Positions 1-11,100 of a DNA stretch of 64,000 nucleotides are shown piece after piece. This DNA comes from a virus. The stretch lies in the IMG/VR virus record IMGVR_UViG_3300046171_000138; one strand, 5' to 3'. The position numbers were made by a program, and so were the translations under genes. Below the pieces are notes generated by a model. That model was not told the origin of the DNA. It was given only the letters and a program-made list of their open reading frames with translations, and made no database searches. Position 1 is the stretch's first letter. Each line of letters begins with the position of its first letter.

Positions 1-217
1 AACGGTAGTCAAGAGTGTCAGCGTATTGCAGCACTACTCAAGTCGATCGGTGGTGAGTTTCTCGAGTATAAACTCAACGAACATTTTACTCAAAGAGCGT
101 TTGAAGCAGAGTTTGGAGAACGAAGCTACATATCCACAAGTTTCTATTGGTGCCAAGCACCTTGGTAACTTGCATGACACACTTCATTACATGAGTGACA
201 AAGGAATGTTTGTGTGA
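1..217 (+). CDS. Glutaredoxin-like protein, 3' part, with an apparent +1 indel at ~121
   Basis: Frame 1 reads NGSQECQRIAALLKSIGGEFLEYKLNEHFTQRAFEAEFGE. Removing C121 joins it to EATYPQVSIGAKHLGNLHDTLHYMSDKGMFV, which carries a Grx-like TYPQV motif. Confidence 0.6.
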   Translation, partial: TVVKSVSVLQHYSSRSVVSFSSINSTNILLKERLKQSLENEATYPQVSIGAKHLGNLHDTLHYMSDKGMFV

Positions 218-223
218 TATAAT
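195..223 (+). promoter_or_regulatory. sigma70-like promoter
   Basis: GTGACA-17 bp-TATAAT. A late-like ACTAAATA also lies at 236-243. Confidence 0.5.
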
Positions 224-262
224 AGCAGGTTGGCGACTAAATAAAAACGTGGTCAAGATGTT

Positions 263-529
263 ATGAAATACTCATTATCTCAAGCATACGTTTTTTACAT
301 GGGAAGTGTGGTACGTATGTATTTCATACAGAGTATCCCGTATACATTTGACGAACTGCCACTAATTATTCAAGAGCATCCATCAGTTCAGACTGAAGCA
401 TTGCAAGGTCGTGATTGGGATGACGAAGAATTATATAAGTGCTCTTCATATCTTGCTGAAGAGGAATGTCATCCTCTGATGTTTGATATTGAAGTTAATG
501 ATCCTGAACTATTACCTAAAGATGATTGA
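263..529 (+). CDS. Hypothetical protein (88 aa)
   Basis: Clean ORF downstream of the promoter; it overlaps the cpeT start by 8 nt. Confidence 0.7.
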   Translation: MKYSLSQAYVFYMGSVVRMYFIQSIPYTFDELPLIIQEHPSVQTEALQGRDWDDEELYKCSSYLAEEECHPLMFDIEVNDPELLPKDD

Positions 530-1064
530 ACAATTTATAGAATGGTTTGAAGGAACATGGGAGAACAAAGTCCAGGCATTTTCAAATCCCGCTAGGTTTG
601 CTATGGTGCGCCTACAGCACCACAAAGTACCTGGAACGGACGCTATGTTCTATGGCGAACAAGCTTACAATTATCAACTACATGCCCCTTACAGGCAGTT
701 TATTGTAGAAGCAATTGAAGACCCTAATGGTCAAATTAGGGTTCTTAACTATGATTTCGAGAAATGGCGTTATTTGGGTGCTCTAAATCTAGATCAAATC
801 AAGTACGACAAAGGGTTGACACACAAGCAAAAGTGTGATACAATTATGACTTACGACCCAAATAAAAACCAATTTAACGGTTCTATTGACGGTTGTGAGT
901 GCTTGGTTCCCTACAAGGTAGATCAAATGACCTATGTCAGAAATGAGGCAACTCTTGGCGTAGACTTTTATAATGTGGTTGATCGTGGATTCCTTGTAGG
1001 AACTGTAGACCAAGTATGGGGTGGTCGTTTTGGAGAGTTTCAATTCAAACGTATGCCCCTGTAG
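522..1064 (+). CDS. cpeT: CpeT/CpcT-like phycobiliprotein lyase
   Basis: Sequence MIEQFIEWFEGTWENKVQAFSNPARFAMVRL...FYGEQAYNYQLHAPYRQF, with a C-terminal DRGF...QVWG...FQFKR. ATG at 522 is the likely start. Confidence 0.85.
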   Translation: MIEQFIEWFEGTWENKVQAFSNPARFAMVRLQHHKVPGTDAMFYGEQAYNYQLHAPYRQFIVEAIEDPNGQIRVLNYDFEKWRYLGALNLDQIKYDKGLTHKQKCDTIMTYDPNKNQFNGSIDGCECLVPYKVDQMTYVRNEATLGVDFYNVVDRGFLVGTVDQVWGGRFGEFQFKRMPL

Positions 1065-1130
1065 CTCAGCTGGTAGAGCACCGCTTTTGTAAAGCGGTTG
1101 TCGCAAGTTCAAATCTTGTCGGGGGCTCCA
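1055..1130 (+). tRNA. trnT: tRNA-Thr(UGU) with encoded CCA
   Basis: Acceptor stem GCCCCTG/CGGGGGC, D arm AGCTCAGCTGGTAGAGC, anticodon arm CCGCT-TTTGTAA-AGCGG, T loop GTTCAAATC. Confidence 0.95.
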
Positions 1131-1212
1131 GTCGATGTGGCGGAATTGGTAGACGCGCCAGGTTTAGGTTCTGGTGGGGTAACTCGTGGAGGTTCAAGTC
1201 CTCTCATCGACA
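1131..1212 (+). tRNA. trnL: tRNA-Leu(UAG)
   Basis: Acceptor stem GTCGATG/CATCGAC, anticodon arm CCAGG-TTTAGGT-TCTGG, long variable arm, T loop GTTCAAGTC. It abuts the CCA of tRNA-Thr. Confidence 0.93.
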
Positions 1213-1222
1213 TTAGGAAATT

Positions 1223-1801
1223 ATGCAATTCGCTTTAGAAACTTACATTAAAGACATTTCTGTCTGTGATGATCTCATTAAATTCTTTCATGAGTCTCGT
1301 TTCTCAAGTATGAATCGCGGTCCTGGTACTGTATATGGCAGCAGAGGAAAAGTGGGTAAAAAGTCCACAGATCTCTCTGTATTTCCTTCAGAACAGCGAC
1401 AATTTCCTATAATCATGCGATATCTAAATCAATTAATTTCGTGTGCTGATCAATATATCGCAAAATTCCCATGGTGTAATGAATATGCTCCTTGGGGTTT
1501 GACCGAAGGTATCAATATCCAATGGTACAAACCAGGTGAGGGGTATTATGATTGGCACACAGAGCGGTGTGATGCTAGTTCTCCCATGAGAGATCGACAT
1601 CTTGTTTGGATGACATATCTAAATGATGTTGAAAATGGAGGTGGAACACAGTTCTATCACCAAAACGCAACTGTAGGAGCGAAGAAAGGTAAAACCTTGA
1701 TATGGCCTGCAGACTGGACTTATACTCATAGAGGCGAAGTTGCTCCGAATGAAGATAAGTATATAATTACTGGTTGGTTTAACTATGAAATCACTGGATG
1801 A
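1223..1801 (+). CDS. 2OG-Fe(II) oxygenase (prolyl-4-hydroxylase-like)
   Basis: WHTE (HxE), LVWMTYLNDVENGGGTQF, WPADWTYTHRG and KYIITGW motifs. Confidence 0.88.
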   Translation: MQFALETYIKDISVCDDLIKFFHESRFSSMNRGPGTVYGSRGKVGKKSTDLSVFPSEQRQFPIIMRYLNQLISCADQYIAKFPWCNEYAPWGLTEGINIQWYKPGEGYYDWHTERCDASSPMRDRHLVWMTYLNDVENGGGTQFYHQNATVGAKKGKTLIWPADWTYTHRGEVAPNEDKYIITGWFNYEITG

Positions 1802-1994
1802 ATACAATTTTAGTGGTCGTCCAGTGACCTCCATGAATATCCTTCTTCTCATCAGCGAGTTAGAAGGATCTTATCAAAATCTCAAATATATGGGATTGAG
1901 AGAAGATATGGACATTATTGATGAAATGAAACGTAGATATTACAAACTCTACTATCAAAAAAAGAAGGAAGAGAAGGCAAACAATCCTCTATAG
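1785..1994 (+). CDS. Hypothetical protein (start may be ATG 1833)
   Basis: ORF between the oxygenase and tRNA-Asn, with a basic C-terminus. Confidence 0.6.
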   Translation: MKSLDEYNFSGRPVTSMNILLLISELEGSYQNLKYMGLREDMDIIDEMKRRYYKLYYQKKKEEKANNPL

Positions 1995-2057
1995 CTCAGC
2001 TGGTAGAGCACGGAACTGTTAATTCTGTTGTCCCTGGTTCGAGTCCAGGTGGAGGAG
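1985..2057 (+). tRNA. trnN: tRNA-Asn(GUU)
   Basis: Acceptor stem TCCTCTA/TGGAGGA, anticodon arm CGGAA-CTGTTAA-TTCTG, T loop GTTCGAGTC. Confidence 0.95.
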
Positions 2058-2097
2058 TTGGCGATACTGCCAAACCAAACCCCTTCCGTGTGCTATG

Positions 2098-2125
2098 AAA
2101 CCTCCCTGCAAGGGGAGGTTTTATT
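2098..2125 (+). terminator. Rho-independent terminator
   Basis: AAACCTCCCT-GCAA-GGGGAGGTTT stem with a GNRA loop, followed by a T-rich tail. Confidence 0.8.
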
Positions 2126-2126
2126 G

Positions 2127-2134
2127 TATAAATA
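2127..2134 (+). promoter_or_regulatory. T4-type late promoter
   Basis: Exact TATAAATA, 36 nt upstream of the giant structural gene. Confidence 0.85.
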
Positions 2135-2170
2135 ATCCAGAAGAATAGTCCTAGAAGGAACGGGTTAATT

Positions 2171-5100
2171 ATGCCTCTTACAAGACTTGATAATCTTTAC
2201 TCAAGTAAAACAGGTAAGTATCTATATGTATCGCCAGATGACTTTAATGCGACAGACGAGTTAGACAATAGAGGTAACTCCCCATTACGTCCATTTAAGT
2301 CTATCCAGAGGGCATTCCTTGAGGTAGCACGATACTCTTACCTACCTGGTAAGGATAATGATAGGTTTGACCAGTTCAGCATCATGCTGATGCCTGGTAA
2401 CCACTACATTGATAACCGTCCTGGTCTTGTAGAGACTGCTAATCCTGAATCTAGATATTTTGATTCTGGTAATCTAATTGAAGCGAATAAACAGCTCATT
2501 GTTGATCGTTCTGCTGCAGAAATTTTCGTACAACACCCTGATTTCTTCTATCCTGGTGATGCTGCATCTGATGATGGGTCTCGATATGCTGACGCATATC
2601 GTCTAGTACAGTTGAATCGTAAGGAGATTGTAGACAAATCTGCAGCACATCTCGCAATTCAATTCCCTGACTTCTTCTATCCTGGTGGCAATGGTACAAC
2701 AGAAGCTGAATATAGATTTAAAGATGGATATCGCCTAATCCAACAGAACAAGAGAGAAATTGTTGATAGGGCAGCAGCAGAGATTGCTGTAGCACACCCT
2801 GATTTCTTCTTCCCTGGCGACCCTGCAGACGATCCTGTATACAGATTTAAGGATGCATATCGTCTGATTCAGCAGAATAGAACTGAAATTATTGATAGTG
2901 CCTGGACTGCAATGCAGGCTGGTTCTAACCCTGCAGATCCTTCTGATGAAACAAAGTGTAAGCGTGACATCGGTCTTCTAATTGATTATGTTGGTGTTGA
3001 CCTTGTAAAAGGTGGTAACGAGTATACTCGTAAGTTCACCCTGAAGTATTTCCAAGGTGGTGTATTCTCTTACATCATTAGTGAAGTGTTGTCTACGAAT
3101 GACGCATATAATGCTGCTAGGGATCTGATGATCCAAGCAATGAAGAATGAGTTGACAATCACTGATGCTACTATCACGATTGATCCTAATTCATGTGCTA
3201 ACGTAGAGTCTGCAATCAATGTCTTGGTTCAGATTGTTACCGATGCATTTACTGCTGCTGATGCATCAGGACTTCCTGCAGAAACACTAGGATCTGATCT
3301 AACAAATGAAGCAAAATGTAAGCGAGATCTGGGTATATTTGTTGACTATCTTGGGCTTGATCTGGTTAGTGGTGGTAACGAGTACACTCGCCGTTTTACT
3401 GGTACATATTTTGATAACAGCGGATCCCCAATTTCTAATGGTCTACTAGGGGAAGAAGCACAGGCTATCACTGCTTTCAATAAAGCTCGTGATTTGATGC
3501 AATCTGCAGTCAATAACATCTTGTTGGTTCAAGATTCTACCATCACTGTAGATGGTGGTGGTTGTGCTAACGTACAGTCTGCAATCGCTACACTAACACA
3601 AATTTTTACTACTGTCATTAATGATGGCAACCTATCTCAACTTCCTGTTGAAAACCTAGGAAACTTCGCTAGTGCAAATGAAATCGAGTGTAAGCGTGAC
3701 ATCGGTGAGTACATCGATTCCCTTTCTCTTGACGTTGCACTTGCAGGTGGTAACAGATACACTCGTAAGTATCTGAAGACTTACTTCAATGAGGCAGGAA
3801 ATGCTTTCATTAGTGGTTCTCTAGATGGTGAGCAGGCAGAAGCAATATCTGCTTTCAATAAGGCAAGAGATCTGATGATTGATGCGTTCAGAAATGAACT
3901 CTTCTCAAAAGATTCGACTATCACTGCTGATCCTAACGGCACTCCTCTGTGTGCTGATGTTGCTAGCATGGTTGGCACTCTTGCTGCTATTGTAGAGACT
4001 GTCCTAACTGATGGTAACCTAACACAACTTCCTGCTGAAGTTGTTACTGATCACGAGACACCTGGCGAGACCAAGTGTAAACGTGATATCGGTTTGATTG
4101 TTGAGGCTGTTCTTGCTGACATCAGAAACGGTGGCAACAGCAACACTATCTCTGTAGCAAAGACTTACTTTGACAGAGAAGGAGCTCCTCTAGCAAATGG
4201 TATTGTTGGCGAAGAGGCAGAGAGCATCACCGCATACAATAAAGCGCGTGATCTAATGAAGTTGGCAGTCACGAACTCCTTGCTAGACAAGGATCTGACT
4301 ATCTCTCCTGGTCCTGCTATTGCAGGCGCTAACACCCCTGACATCGAGTATGACGAGTCTGGTAACCCTGGTGCATGTATTGACGTTCAGACAAACATTC
4401 AAACCCTGGTAACAATCCTTACCGATGTTATTAGTGCTGGTAGCTTGAGTGTATTGAGTTCAGTTACAGTTACTGGTGTTGTACCTATCTTTGACTACAA
4501 CAGAGCACTTCAGGAATGGCAAGATGACAGCATCATTGACCTAGGTAACCCTGATAACGTATTCTATAAGTTCAACTCTACCGAGGGCGGTTGTATCGTC
4601 CCCAGAGGTTGTTCTCTAATTGGTTATGACCTCCGTCGTACCATCATCAGACCTCTATATGTACCTGATCCCGTTGATGGTGATCAAGAGAGAACTGGTG
4701 TTTTCAAACTGACTGGTGGTTGTTACCTATGGCAGTTCACTATCAAGGATGGTGACCTCTCCGAAAACTCCCCACTATATGATCAAGCAGACTAAGGTAG
4801 GTAAGGTTTACTACAAGAAGAACTCTACGGATCTGAAGATTCCCGAGTATTCTCACCACAAGATCTGCATCATGACCTATGCAGGTAATGATGAACTAGA
4901 TCGCTACTACGAGAAAGTTGGTAGAGCATTTGCACAGTTCCAGCCTACAATTGATGATGGCGAACTAGAAGCACTGGTACAAGAGACTAGAATTGTTGGT
5001 CCTCTATCTGATACCAGAACTGTTGAGCAAATTGAAGTTGTTGATATCCCTGGTACATCTACTTCTAGACTCACTGTTACTACCAAGATTGAGCACGGAT

Positions 5101-8100
5101 ACTTCAAAGGTCAGTACATCGCTGTTATCAACAGTGGTCTATCTGATGAAGTCAACGGAACATTCAAGGTTGATACCATTGATGATAACAATCCAAAGGT
5201 ATTCACCTACATCATTCCTATCACAGCTGCTGGTCTAGGACTGGTTTCTGGTACAACTTACAGCACTGCTAACGGTCTTGGCACTAGTGCAGTGATTCAA
5301 GCGGAAATTGACTCTGTTGAGTCCGCATCTCCGTATGTTTTCAACTGCTCGATCGTTCTACCTGGGGTCAGTGCGGCATGTGGGCGGATGGATCCAAGGC
5401 AACTGGATTCAAGTCGATGGTTGTTGCACAGTACACGGGTGTTTCGCTCCAGAAAGATGACAGAGCGTTCATTCGTTACGACAGATTTACTAACACATGG
5501 AACCAAGCATCACTAACTGATGCATTTGCTACCAGTTCCTTATCACACTAAAGGTGATGCATACTGGAAGGATGAGTGGAGAAACTTCCACATTCGTGCT
5601 TCGGATGACTCCTTCATTCAGTGCGTCTCGGTCTTCGCTGTTGGTTTCCACGATCACTTCCTGATGGAAAGTGGTGGTGACATGTCTATCACCAACTCGA
5701 ACTCCAACTTCGGTAACACTTCACTCCACTCTATTGGTTTCAAAGGATTCTCCTTCAACCAAGATAAAGGTGGTTATATTGATGCTATCATTCCTCCCAA
5801 GGTTGTTGATACTAATGTAGAGTCGATTAAGAAGAATTCTTACTACACTCTTGACATCGAAGCATCAAACGATGTTGCTAATAACACCAGACTATATCTT
5901 GCTGGTGATACTAATAAGGATCCAGCTTCACGTCCTGCAGCATCTATTGATGGATATAGAATTGGTGCCAAGCAAGATGACAGACTATATGTCAAACTGC
6001 CTTCTGGTGGTGTAGGTGGTAAGCAGACGTATCATGGTACACTAGAACCGTCTGGTATCAAATCAGTCACGGCATCTCTGTCTACTCTAACACCTAGTAA
6101 CTTGAACGTATTGTTCGATCTAGATGGTGATGGAAATGACGACTTTAACAAGGCATATGATGCTGCTAATCTTATTGAGAAGAACAGATCCTATCTTGCT
6201 CGAGAGACTTATGGATACATCACTGCTCAATATCCAGCACTTCTGACTAACACATCTCTAACTATCACCAAGTGTGAGAGAGACATTGGATTTATTGTTG
6301 ATGCTGTTGTCAAGGATCTTCGTGTCGGTGGTAACATCAACACTGTATATGCTTCCGAGTCTTACATCTCTAGTGGCAACGTATCTTATGTTGATACCTG
6401 AACTAACTGAAACTCTTATTGCATATGACTACCTGAAGAGATTGATCTTCGGTGTAATCCGTAACGGTACACTCCTAATCAAGAACTGCACCACGTCTAC
6501 CAGCTAGCACCAACGTTATTGTTGGTGATACTTCTGGTCTTGTAGTTGGTATGCAGGTCAGTGAGTATGCCGAGAATGATTTTGTTAATGGTTTCTTGAC
6601 CCAAGGTTCTTCACGTCTTGGCACTAACTTACTTGGAAGTAGTCCACTTATTATCGCAGATATTGTCAATGCAACTACTATTGTATTGGCTGATCCTGCA
6701 ACTGGACAGGTTTATCAACCACAACTGGATAGCAGCACTACTTGGTTGTATTTTGAGAACGTTAACCAATACTCTTCATCCCCCGTCTTGTAGATCTTTC
6801 GATCACTCAAGACGATACATATCCCGAGTGTACTAACATTGTTACTGCTATCGAAGGATACTTTGATGTTGTTAACCTGGTACTGAATGGTAACTGCTAA
6901 TCAGGTAACCAGAGTTGAAGCCTATCATTGAGTCTTCGGCTCTAATTGGTAGAGCAACTGTATTTGTAGTTGATACTGGTAATGGAGATACTGATCCTCA
7001 TGGATTCCAAACAGGAACACCTGTAAGACTTATTCCAAGAGCAACTAATGCTGGTGTTGACAAGCGTCTAGTCAGACTACCTCGTGGTTTTGAGACTAAC
7101 AGACCATACTATGTAATTGCTCCTGGCAGAGATACATATCCAAATTCGTTTAATAATACTTCAGAGTTCGATAATAGTGCAGGCACCAAGTTGCTGCTTG
7201 CTGCTACTAAAGAAAATGCTGCTGCTGGTATCTATATCTACTCTTCTGAAACAGAGAGTATGAGTCCTGACGTTGAACTATTGGTTCAGCAACAGATTCT
7301 TGACGAGAATTATGATTTGCACAGATATGTTTGTAATGTCTCTGGCATTTACATCGAAACAGATATTCCGCACACATTCGACGTACCTGTACCAAATGTC
7401 CCAGCACAAACCATCTTCTTCGCTACATCTGGTGATGCAAGTTCTCAACTACCGACTATTTCGGGTGCTGGTGATGTGGCAACAGATGTGTATTACTTCC
7501 CACGTTTTATCTCCAAGACGAAGTTTAGCGTTCACACCACCCAAGCAGATGCTCAAGCTGGTACAAACGCTGTCATATTTACTGCAAATAGCGGAAGTGA
7601 TTTTGTTGTCTATGGAAACAAAAAGACTTCCCCCCTCAAGTACGACCCAGTTAGCTTCCAAAGATGGTATCTAAATGTCAAGGATGAGTCTTCAGGTGGT
7701 ACTGATCCTAATGCTATCCTCACCAGATTCCATGCTACTGACTTTGTAGATGGAACTGGTAATCTATTCACCCCAGATACCTGGTATGAAAGAATTGAGG
7801 ATGATAGACCTGCTCTCGATAGAATTTATCGCTTGCGTTATGTTCTGCCACAGTATCTACAGACAGTTCGTGAACCACTCAATGGTTATGTTATTAAGTC
7901 AAGAACTGATGATAGAAGACGCCTGAAGGCACAGAAGTTCTATCTAGAACCCTTCAGCAACGGCGCACCAGCGGTTGCACAGTTCTTTAACCCTGCGAGA
8001 CCTACCGAGCAATTAGGACTGTCTCTAGCGGATCTGGACGCTGCTAGTGTTGATATTAGTGGTGGATTCTATGATCCATACGAAAATCCACTACAAGTTG

Positions 8101-11100
8101 AGTTTGAGTCCAAGATTGCGACGACAATTCAGTCTGCTAAAACTATTTCTGTTGACCCTCAAGGAACAGGAACTGAAGTAGACAGACTTGAGTTGACTGT
8201 ATTTGATCATACAATTATCAACCAGCAATTGAAGAATGAAATCTTCACTGTTATTGAGATTGGACCTCCACAAGGTGCAGGCATCCAAACCAGTATTTAC
8301 AATAGTAATTCCGACAACTATATCAGTTGGACTGGTTATTGCTCTGGATCTGGTTATGTTCATGCATACTATCAAGCCGATGCAACAGCATTTGTTATCC
8401 TGAAGAACATCACTGGTAAGATTGATTATAATGTCTATAGTCCTACTAACTTTGTTCAGAACAATGGGACGTTCTTCAATCTAACTGGACAACCTGATGC
8501 ATATCCCACTTCTCTTTCTAGATCGGACAGAAAAAATTTCCTGTATAGAATTGAGGGTGCTAATGTTTATACTGCAGTTCCTGGTGATAAGATCACCACA
8601 CCTGGTGGCGACACATATACTATTTCTAGACTCGAAGATGTTCCTGATATTGATGATACCTTCTACATCTTCAATATTGAGACTATTCAAGAACAGATTC
8701 CTCTTCAGCAAGATGGTATCTACTATCTGACTGCTGTTCGTGGTAACATCTCTCCATATCCTCTGGGTGCTGGTGTTGGAACTAACTTCCACTACTACAA
8801 ATTCTCTCAACCTATTTCTAACCTGTATCCTCTGGATTATAAGAATGATCCACTGTGGTTCCAGGTCAGTCTTACCACTGGAACTAGAGATCTAACTATT
8901 CTTGATCCCCCAGCATCAGCAGCTGCTGCAGATAACTACGTTCATGGTCTTGTTACTCTTAACGACTACAAGTTCAGTGAAACAAAAGAAGCAGTTGTTG
9001 ACCTGACTAGAACTTCGCCTTTTGCTGCTTATGAGTTTACTAATACTACAAGTGATCTGAACAGTGCAATTCTGGACAACAGATTGCAGGCACAAGAAGG
9101 TAATGCATCTGTAGGTTCCGAGAACAGACAGATTCCTATCTCTGGTGACTCTGTATATCCTCTGGAGAAGAGATTCTATACAGAATTGCGTCGTCCTTCG
9201 ATTGCAAGATCTGGTAACCACACGTTTGAGTACCTTGGTTTCGGTCCTGGTAACTACTCAACTGGTTTCCCACTTCGCCAGGAAGTTGTTCTATCTGATA
9301 AGCAAGACTTCTACGCACAAGCAAAACGTGAAGACGGCGGTATTGTCTTCTACACGGGTCTAAACTCTAACGGTGACCTCTATATTGGTAATCGTAAGAT
9401 CAACGCTATTACAGGCGAAGAGACGTTCCTTGAGCAGGCAGTTCTTGAGGATAGTGGTGATGACGATGAAGGAATCGGCGCACTAGTTACTACTTTCGAT
9501 ACAGCAGTTACCTTTAATGATAAGGTAACCATCGAAGGTGATACTTTCCTTAACAATCCTGTTACGATTAACGTCGATCCTCTGGAAGGTGATGCACTTC
9601 GCATCCTATCTCTGGTTGACACTGGTGATGATCCCACACAAGACAGATCTTCCTTCAGAGATACAAGAGATGGTGATATTATTCTCACCAAGAACCAGAT
9701 TGAAGCTGCGGTTTACAAGTTTAACCCACGCGGTAATGTAAATGATCCTGGTCAAGTTTATACCTGGAGAACACATTACACTGGTGGTCTTCCCTCTAAT
9801 GCTTCTCCTGATAACACTGGTCTTCTATCTGCTGGTCAAGGTGGAACTGCCTTCTATACTCTACAGAGTATTACTTATGGATCTTCTATCCTACCTGCAG
9901 CTGGTGATGTTCTATACAAGGGTCTAGAAGTTGGTAGTAGCGGTTCGATGGGTTGGGTTTACTCCAACTTCTTTACTGAACTAGGTGATCTACAGATCTT
10001 CTCGATTACTTCTAATAATACAGCAGAACTTACAATCACATGGGCTGCTGGTCTAGACAATAACGGACTAGGAATTAGAGTTGGTGAAAATCTACGTATC
10101 TCTAACTTCAGTAACTCGTTCTTGAATGGTACGTGGGCAGTTCTTGCTGGTGGATTCTCTGGAACAGGTAACACCTGTACGATCAGAATCTTCAATGAGA
10201 TCGCACAGAATGTCTATGCATGGGGAGATGAAGGTCCTGGTGCGAAGATGGAAATCTCCAAGTCCAGATGGAAGGAGACTGGCGTCATCGGTGCTGAAAC
10301 ACTTCGCACAAGAACTGAAGTACCTGGTGATTACAGACTGGGTATCAACACTGTCGGCAGAATGGCGAAGGAAGGTGTACTCACCGCTTCCGTAACTGCT
10401 GAAACAGATCCAAGATCTAACTTGGATGTTGTTGGTAACGCATTCATCAGTGGTAAGAATTTAGTAACCTATGATGCTGTTGGTGCAGTAACTGCAAACA
10501 ACTACCTAGCAGAACCTTCTGTTGGTAAGACATACTTTGCACTCACTAATGCATTCTTGGTTGGTGGTGACAGTTCTGATCCTGATGACTTTGCTACTCT
10601 TCGTGTTGCAACTTCTGATCTAGCAAGTGCTAATCAATCCTCTACTTACAGAGCAGGTGGTCGTGTTGGTGTTAACACCAGCATCGGTCTAGATGCATCT
10701 ACTGAACTTGATAAGAACTTCGTTGTAATCGGTGATTCCAGATTTACTGGAAACATGCAGATTCAGGATGACTTGAGTGTAGATGGTGGAGACATTAACT
10801 CTACTTCAGAAACATTCAGGTTCCTAACTGATAACGTTGACTTCCTTATTGCTGCAAGTGATACCGAATCGTTTAACATCGGTAACAACACTACAAGTGA
10901 TCAACTCATCAACATTGGTAACAATGTTTCTGATTCTTCTTCTCATACATTGAGAGTTGGTGCTAACGCTGGTGTCACTACCTTCGAGGTTCACAAGCGT
11001 TCTACTAACGCATTTGTTGATATCGCATCAGTAGAGGATGTAGTAGGTTCTGCTTGTTCGATCAAGATTGGTGGTGCTGCTCCTAACCTGAACTCTCAAA

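Noticed and set aside
26-217. 63-aa ORF MQHYSS... as a standalone gene
   Set aside because: Its C-terminal half belongs to a glutaredoxin-like frame that starts before the window. An extra C at ~121 explains the shift and is probably a sequencing error.
522-1064. cpeT as a novel auxiliary gene
   Set aside because: It is a well-known cyanomyovirus auxiliary gene, so it is listed only as a feature.
4716-6836. Separate genes, or programmed frameshifts, in the fragmented ORFs
   Set aside because: There are too many breaks, no slippery heptamers or stimulatory structures are seen, and the corrected peptide is continuous.
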